From an uncultured Anaerolineae bacterium (GTDB taxonomy: Bacteria; Chloroflexota; Anaerolineae; J036; Brachytrichaceae): a stretch of 64,000 bases of DNA. Numbering within the stretch: the stretch's first letter is position 1; every line of letters begins with the position of its first letter. The notes below the pieces were generated by a model. It did not search any database and had not been told where the DNA came from. It saw only the letters and a program-made list of their open reading frames with translations. Below are positions 58,348 to 64,000 of the stretch, in pieces. The stretch spans positions 62,529 to 126,528 of the forward strand of contig CALIMH010000009.1 of assembly GCA_938028725.1 (NCBI GenBank). The letters are read 5' to 3'. The translations under genes and the position numbers were made by a program.

Positions 58348-59379
58348 TCAGATAAACAAATGTCGGTTCTCTGTGACCCAGTTCCAGAGCCGTTGAATGC
58401 CAGTGCGCACATCTACTTTTGGCGACCAACCTAGCAAGCGATGCGCCTTGCGATTGTCGCTGATGAACACAAGTTGATCCCCTGGCCTCCACTGTGCATA
58501 TTGCGCCTCGATGGGGCGGTCTGCAAGCAACTCTAGGATAGGGCGAAACTCGTGCCAAATGGATAAGCTGTTGGACACTCCGCCGCCAATGTTAAAGATC
58601 TGACCCCTTGCTACCTCAATGTGTTTCCACGCAGCGTCATAGGCAGCGATGAGATCTTCGACATGCAGCAGATCGCGCACTTGCTTACCATCGCCGTAGA
58701 TCGTAATGGGCTTCCCGGTGATCGTCGCAATCACAAAATGAGCCACCCACCCTTGATCCTCAACACCGAACTGCCGTTCGCCATATATACAGCTTTGTCG
58801 AAACACAACGGTCGGCAACTGGTAGATGCGAGCGTAATCGCGCACGTATTGATCGCCAGCTCCTTTGGAACAACCGTAAGGTGAGTGAAAGTCCAGCGGC
58901 CATTCCTCACTGATACCATCAGGGTAATCTCGATAACGGTATCGTGTCGCTTCTTCTACCACCGAGATTTGTTCCATACCGCCATAGACTTTGTTAGTGG
59001 ATGCATAAAAGACAGCTGGCGGGTTTGGCTGATTTCTGGCAGCTTCTAAGACGTTCAACGTGCCGAGCGCGTTGATCTCGAAGTCTTCACGTGGATTTTT
59101 TATGGAAGTTGTGACAGCTACCTGGCTTGCCAGATGAACGATTAAGTCGGGTTTTGTGGCGTGCACAGCTTCACGTAGCACGTCAAAATCGCGGACATCA
59201 GCTTGAATGAAGCACAACTGACTCTCCCCAAATCGCTCCCGAAGCCAATCCAAGTTGTGAAGTGTGCGAGGCCGACTTAAGTTATCGAAGATAACAACGC
59301 GATCGCCCTTCCGCAAGTGATGCGCGGCAAGGTTACACCCAATGAACCCAGCTCCTCCGGTGATAAATACTGTTGTCAT
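58348..59379 (-). CDS. NAD-dependent nucleotide-sugar epimerase/dehydratase (extended SDR; CDP-paratose-2-epimerase-like)
   Basis: Motifs are VFITGGAGFIGCNL and the YxxxK block YGCSK. It has an ATGA overlap with rfbC. Confidence 0.85.
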   Translation of the reverse strand: MTTVFITGGAGFIGCNLAAHHLRKGDRVVIFDNLSRPRTLHNLDWLRERFGESQLCFIQADVRDFDVLREAVHATKPDLIVHLASQVAVTTSIKNPREDFEINALGTLNVLEAARNQPNPPAVFYASTNKVYGGMEQISVVEEATRYRYRDYPDGISEEWPLDFHSPYGCSKGAGDQYVRDYARIYQLPTVVFRQSCIYGERQFGVEDQGWVAHFVIATITGKPITIYGDGKQVRDLLHVEDLIAAYDAAWKHIEVARGQIFNIGGGVSNSLSIWHEFRPILELLADRPIEAQYAQWRPGDQLVFISDNRKAHRLLGWSPKVDVRTGIQRLWNWVTENRHLFI

Positions 59380-59945
59380 TGCTCCTCGTAGATGAAATCA
59401 GGAGCACGCAGGTAATCTTGCAGGCTAATGCCCTTCTGATCACGTGGTGAGAGGATAGGATGCTGAATTGGCCACTGCACGCCTACATCAGGGTCGTTCC
59501 AAGCTAACACGCGCTCTGTCTCAGGAACGTAGTATCCTGTTTGCTTGTATTGCACTTCCGCTACTTCGCTTAGGACAGCAAAACCATGCGCAAAGCCGGG
59601 TGGCACATAGAGCTGGCGCTTGTTCTCTGCGGTTAGTTCAACACCAAGCCACTTTCCGAAGGTGGGAGAGTTAACGCGCAAATCAACTGCCACATCGAAT
59701 ACCGCACCGACAGTGCAGCGCACCAGTTTACCAAGCGGAGCGTGGCTGTTTTGATAATGTAACCCGCGCAAGACACCCTGCTTCGAGCGTGAGTGATTGT
59801 CCTGCACAAATTTCAAATCCAGGCCTGCAGAAGCAAAATCGCGTTGATTCCAACTCTCAAAGAAAAAGCCACGCTCATCGTAAAAGCAAACCACCTCGAT
59901 GATGAATACATCTTTCAGCGATGTGGGAATCAAATTGAACTTCAT
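59376..59945 (-). CDS. rfbC: dTDP-4-dehydrorhamnose 3,5-epimerase
   Basis: Cupin blocks are DERGFFFESW, VLRGLHYQ and GFAHGFAVLS. Confidence 0.9.
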   Translation of the reverse strand: MKFNLIPTSLKDVFIIEVVCFYDERGFFFESWNQRDFASAGLDLKFVQDNHSRSKQGVLRGLHYQNSHAPLGKLVRCTVGAVFDVAVDLRVNSPTFGKWLGVELTAENKRQLYVPPGFAHGFAVLSEVAEVQYKQTGYYVPETERVLAWNDPDVGVQWPIQHPILSPRDQKGISLQDYLRAPDFIYEEQ

Positions 59946-59969
59946 GGTTGATGCCTTGCCAAGACATAA

Positions 59970-61133
59970 TCATACCGCCAACGCATCCACCACACGACAT
60001 AAGCCTGTTTCGAGTGTCTCGGGTTCGATTAGAGTTGATATCGCAATGTGTGCGCCATGCTCACAGTTAAAGAAGTAACCAGGATGAACAAATACACCTC
60101 TATCTAGTAAGTGCAGCACTAACTCTTCCTCATCATCACAATCTGAGACACGAACAAAAAGATAGTATCCTCCATCAGGTGAATGGGCGTGTAGCCGCGG
60201 ACAAGTGGCTATTATCTTCAATCCCAAGTCCAGTGATGAGCGAATGCGCCGGCGCATGGCAGCTTGAAATTCACGCCCATTCTCGAGGAGCACGGGCAAC
60301 ATGCTCTGAATCAGTGAGCTGGCACTGAGAAAGATGTCGTTCAAGATTTCCAGCCTTGCTCTGAAGTGGCTGGCTGCTCGTGCAGTCATTGCGATCCAGG
60401 AAAGCTTGAGGTCGGGCAGCGCCAACATTTTTGAAATGCCGTTGAGGTGGAAGATACATAAGTGCGGGTGAAGCGACCCAAGTGGAGGAATATATGGCAA
60501 GCGGTAAGGAAAGTCTGCAAACACCTCGTCACAAATAACGGGCAAGTCAAGCTGCTCTAGGGCAGCAATAGGCTTAGAGATGGCAGCCCCTGTGGGATTG
60601 TGGGGTGATACAAGCAATATGGCGCGTGTTCTGGCATCAGCGGCGCGTAGCAGGGATGTCTCGTCAATTTGCCAACCGGCCTCTTCTATTAGCCGGTATG
60701 AACGCAGCTCAACATGATGCAGCAAAGCCAGATGCTCAAATAGAGGATAGGTGATATCTGGAGCAAGTACGTTATCGCCCGGTTCGGTGAGCAGCGCAAA
60801 AAGCAGACTGTATGCTTCACTTGTGCTGGCCGTCACAACAACATCGTCTGGTGAAACACTAAACGCCGGCTCACGTCGCATGTAGTAAGCTGCAATCGCT
60901 TCTCGCGCTGCAAATATCCCCTTTGGGTCTGGCTCGTAGCGCCGCTCTTGCCAATATACCTCCGCTGCTGTGCGCAGCACATCCGCCGGGAAAAGTAGTT
61001 GATGATGGGTAGGATTGCTGGATGTTAAGTCAATGTACTTACCAGCTCGCTTGCGACGGGCGCGCGTGATAAGGTTCTCGCTGAGGTCGGTGTCGCTTAA
61101 AAATCCTCTCGTGTTGCTATAGTTCTGCTCCAT
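59970..61133 (-). CDS. class I/II pyridoxal-phosphate-dependent aminotransferase
   Basis: Blocks are SPHNPTG, CDEVF and the PLP lysine in NGISKMLALPDLKLSW. ATG 61133 overlaps the AKR gene end by 17 nt. Confidence 0.8.
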   Translation of the reverse strand: MEQNYSNTRGFLSDTDLSENLITRARRKRAGKYIDLTSSNPTHHQLLFPADVLRTAAEVYWQERRYEPDPKGIFAAREAIAAYYMRREPAFSVSPDDVVVTASTSEAYSLLFALLTEPGDNVLAPDITYPLFEHLALLHHVELRSYRLIEEAGWQIDETSLLRAADARTRAILLVSPHNPTGAAISKPIAALEQLDLPVICDEVFADFPYRLPYIPPLGSLHPHLCIFHLNGISKMLALPDLKLSWIAMTARAASHFRARLEILNDIFLSASSLIQSMLPVLLENGREFQAAMRRRIRSSLDLGLKIIATCPRLHAHSPDGGYYLFVRVSDCDDEEELVLHLLDRGVFVHPGYFFNCEHGAHIAISTLIEPETLETGLCRVVDALAV

Positions 61134-62067
61134 CTGGCAGCTTGAGCTGGAGCGCTCCCATAATCTCCTCAACTTGGGCCACGCTAGTGGCACTTGCGAT
61201 TGGCGCTGTGACTGTGGGCTGGTGCATCAACCAAGCTAGCGCTACTTGGGCAGGTGTAGCGTTACACTCGCGCGCAAGTTGCTCGACCTTATCTAAGACT
61301 GCAAAAGCATGGTCGTTAAAGTAGCGCTTCTGCACTCCGCTAGCACGTGGTGTGTTTGGAAGTGCTTCGCCACGTCTATACTTGCCTGTAAGGAAGCCAG
61401 CCGCAAGTGCAAAGTACGGGATAACGCCAATCTCGTATTCCAAACACACCGGGCGCTGATCTCGTTCAAAATCACGTTCAACGGCGTTATAGAGAGGTTG
61501 CAAACATTCATAGCGTGCGATACCCATTCGGGCAGACAGTTGCAGAGCCTCTCTCAGCCGTGCACCGCTGTAATTTGATGCGCCGATGTATCGGACTTTG
61601 CCCTGCTGGATAAGTCGGTCAAATGCAAGCAAAGTCTCTTCTAGCGGTGTGGATTGGTCATCAATATGGGCTTGGTAGAGGTCAATGTAATCTGTCTGCA
61701 ACCGCCGCAGAGAATCCTCCACGGCGCGGGTGATCCATGCCGCACCAAGGCCTCCACCACCAGGCATTGGTTGCCCCACTTTGGTGGCGATGATGAGCTT
61801 GTTGCGGTTGCCACGCAACGCCATCCAGCGCCCAATGATAGTTTCGCTCTCACCACCTTGATTTCCAGACACCCACGTTGAGTACATGTCAGCAGTATCA
61901 ATGAAATTGCCTCCCGCTGCAACAAACGCGTCCAGAATTGCGAAAGATTGTGCTTCGTCAACTGTCCAACCAAAGACATTGCCACCAAGACACAGGGGAA
62001 CGACCAACAACTCGCTGCGTCCTATACGGCGGCCCGTAGCAATACTCTGCATATCTTGATACCTCAT
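61117..62067 (-). CDS. aldo/keto reductase
   Basis: Blocks are LGGNVFGW, GGNFIDTADMYS, IATKVG and DLYQAH, in a 316-aa ORF. Confidence 0.9.
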   Translation of the reverse strand: MRYQDMQSIATGRRIGRSELLVVPLCLGGNVFGWTVDEAQSFAILDAFVAAGGNFIDTADMYSTWVSGNQGGESETIIGRWMALRGNRNKLIIATKVGQPMPGGGGLGAAWITRAVEDSLRRLQTDYIDLYQAHIDDQSTPLEETLLAFDRLIQQGKVRYIGASNYSGARLREALQLSARMGIARYECLQPLYNAVERDFERDQRPVCLEYEIGVIPYFALAAGFLTGKYRRGEALPNTPRASGVQKRYFNDHAFAVLDKVEQLARECNATPAQVALAWLMHQPTVTAPIASATSVAQVEEIMGALQLKLPDGAEL

Positions 62068-62645
62068 GGAAGTTTTGTTATCTCGAAAACTGCTTTTTCG
62101 GCAAGTAGCTCTGGCCAGTAGAGCACTCGACGCTGGTCAACCAGAAAGATGGATTGAGTCACCTTGGCTTTCACCTTTTTGCAAAGCGCATAGAAGTCGT
62201 TGAGCGTGATGGCGCGCTCTCGAGGCTCGTTGGAGTCAAGGGTGGGGCCAAATCCCCGTCCAATCAGCATGCGCCAGCGATACCGCCAAAAGCCGGCGTT
62301 CTTGAAGGTGATGATCGCCCGGCGCCCCACGCGTAGCATCTCACACACAAGGGGCACTGGACGATTAAGAAAGGCAATGGTCTCACTCAAAATGACAAAG
62401 TCAAACGCTTGGTCAGGATAATCTAATAGACCCTCTTCAATGTTGCCTTGGCGCACGGAAAGGCCGTTTGATATGCATGTGCGTACAGCACTCTCGCTGA
62501 TCTCAACGCCGCGTGCGTATATATGCCGCGAAGCTATCAGCCGAAGCAGCAGCTCCCCGTCGCCACAACCCAAATCGAGCACCCGTGCTCCATCATGCAC
62601 TAGTTCAACGATCGCTTCTAGGTCAGGACGATAGATGGCCTCCAC
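62064..62645 (-). CDS. metW: methionine biosynthesis protein MetW
   Basis: The N-terminus with SAM motif VLDLGCGDGELL matches MetW. It lies downstream of metX. Confidence 0.85.
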   Translation of the reverse strand: MEAIYRPDLEAIVELVHDGARVLDLGCGDGELLLRLIASRHIYARGVEISESAVRTCISNGLSVRQGNIEEGLLDYPDQAFDFVILSETIAFLNRPVPLVCEMLRVGRRAIITFKNAGFWRYRWRMLIGRGFGPTLDSNEPRERAITLNDFYALCKKVKAKVTQSIFLVDQRRVLYWPELLAEKAVFEITKLP

Positions 62646-62696
62646 GGCAGTGCTAATAGTTTACCCACTCTGCTCTAAGGGGATGCGCACTGAACA

Positions 62697-63818
62697 CTAT
62701 CCTGACACAGAGGCGCTTTCCACGCGCTTGAGGAAGTCTCGTGTCAACTCTGCGAGGCGATCTACCTCCAGCAGGAAAGCATCATGACCATAATTGCTCT
62801 CGATCTCGACATAGGTGACGTCAATATCGTTCTGCAAAAGAGCGCGCACCAGCTCTTTCGATTGCCAGGGGGGATACAACCAGTCACTTGTGTAACTCAC
62901 CACAAGAAACTTTGCAGTGACATGACGGAAAGCATGTGCAAGCGATGGCAACCCGTACGAGAGGTCGAAGTAGTCCATTGCACGGCTGAGGTAGAGAAAG
63001 GAGTTGGCGTCAAACCGCTTTGTGAACGAGTGCCCTCTGTAGTTCAAGTAGCTCTCCACCTCGAACTCCGGCTCGAAGCTGTAGCCATAACCATTTTTGC
63101 CGTTGCGCAGGCGACGTCCAAACTTCTCGCGCATAGACTGGTCGCTAAGGAAGGTGATGTGGCCAATCATGCGCGCTACTGCTAACCCAGCCACAGGTGG
63201 TGTTTTGCCATAGTAGTCGCCGTGATTCCAATTAGGATCAGCGTAGATTGCTTGGCGTGGTACTTCATTCAGCGCAATAGTTTGTGGGGAAAGGCGTGCA
63301 GTCGAGGCAAGCACAATAGCGCTGCGCACACGTTCAGGGTAAGAGACTGTCCACTGCAGCGCTTGCATGCCTCCCATACTGCCGCCAGCCACGCTCAACC
63401 AACTTGGTATACCCAAGTGATCGGTGAGTAGACGCTGAGCCTCTACCATGTCTGCGATGGTGATCATGGGGAAGCTCAGGCCATACGGTTTGCCAGTGCG
63501 TGGATTGATAGAGGACGGCCCAGTGCTACCTCCACACCCGCCAATCACATTTGAGCAGACGATGAAGTATTGATCCGTGTCGAACGCTTTGCCTGGCCCA
63601 ACGGCGTCGTCCCACCATCCTGGCTTGGGATCGTCAGGTGAGTGTCGCCCAGCCACGTGAGCATCACCGCTCCAGGCATGGCAGATGAGGATCGCATTGC
63701 TGCGATCCTCATTGAGCCGGCCATACGTTTCATAGGCGATGGTCAGCGGCCCCAGTTTGGCACCACTCTGCAGGGTTATCTCCCCGTCGTAATGGAAATA
63801 TTGGGTCTGGACTATCAT
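62697..63818 (-). CDS. metX: homoserine O-acetyltransferase
   Basis: Blocks are [13 protein letters not shown], the nucleophile [12 protein letters not shown] and the C-terminal GHDAFL. Confidence 0.95.
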   Translation of the reverse strand: MIVQTQYFHYDGEITLQSGAKLGPLTIAYETYGRLNEDRSNAILICHAWSGDAHVAGRHSPDDPKPGWWDDAVGPGKAFDTDQYFIVCSNVIGGCGGSTGPSSINPRTGKPYGLSFPMITIADMVEAQRLLTDHLGIPSWLSVAGGSMGGMQALQWTVSYPERVRSAIVLASTARLSPQTIALNEVPRQAIYADPNWNHGDYYGKTPPVAGLAVARMIGHITFLSDQSMREKFGRRLRNGKNGYGYSFEPEFEVESYLNYRGHSFTKRFDANSFLYLSRAMDYFDLSYGLPSLAHAFRHVTAKFLVVSYTSDWLYPPWQSKELVRALLQNDIDVTYVEIESNYGHDAFLLEVDRLAELTRDFLKRVESASVSG

Positions 63819-63836
63819 GCGTGTTGCAGTGGTATC

Positions 63837-64000
63837 TCATGCAGCAACCCGATGGCCATTACCCGCAACGGCTACGGCCTGTTCTAATGCTTGGTCCAAA
63901 TCCCAGATCAAGTCGCGTACATCTTCCAAGCCAATGCTCAGCCGAATGAAATCATCGCTAACACCAGTGCTGAGTTGTTCTTCTGGCGTCAACTGTGAGT
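63837..64000 (-). CDS. metY: O-acetylhomoserine sulfhydrylase-type (Cys/Met-metabolism PLP enzyme), C-terminal fragment; the 5' part lies beyond the right window edge
   Basis: Not in the ORF track. The minus frame gives ...[25 protein letters not shown]...* with a TGA at 63839-63837, 18 nt upstream of metX. Confidence 0.7.
   Translation of the reverse strand, partial: SQLTPEEQLSTGVSDDFIRLSIGLEDVRDLIWDLDQALEQAVAVAGNGHRVAA

Noticed and set aside
1-64000. CRISPR arrays, IS elements or transposases, toxin-antitoxin pairs and known defence-system genes.
   Set aside because: I scanned intergenic regions and the ORF list by eye. I saw no regularly spaced repeats, no transposase, integrase or recombinase motifs and no defence hallmarks. 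Short or degenerate repeats could be missed without a computational repeat search.

Overview
This is a GC-rich, tightly packed chromosomal segment with about 60 protein genes and one tRNA. I saw no rRNA, CRISPR array, transposase, integrase or recognisable defence or prophage genes. A chlor_Arch_YYY/DUF2298 membrane protein, a T-box leader on valS, a class-I xylose isomerase and many SD-less promoter-proximal start codons point to a Chloroflexota-like organism; that placement is inference only. Content is mostly housekeeping: valS, fused glyQS, lepA, hflX, ilvD, purH, leuD, fabI, glcDEF, thrC, metY-metX-metW, xylA, phoU plus a response regulator, and tRNA-Asp. I could not identify an obvious new multi-gene system. 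The observations most worth follow-up are: (1) a SEDS (FtsW/RodA) polymerase fused in-frame to a class-B-PBP-like module whose SxxK and KTG motifs are replaced; (2) an atypical, enlarged SHMT whose tail resembles the N-lobe of the GcvT it is translationally coupled to; (3) an Aro7-like (eukaryotic-type) chorismate mutase; (4) a nitrilase-superfamily protein with Gly at the nucleophile Cys position; (5) an ino1 / CDP-alcohol phosphatidyltransferase pair beside GT-C, UPF0104 and GT4 genes; (6) a recurrent -10 hexamer 6-11 nt upstream of start codons, suggesting leaderless mRNAs; (7) a 0.78-kb lower-GC, ORF-poor convergent gap next to an orphan leuD. All functional calls rest on motif recognition by eye. 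No database search was run.
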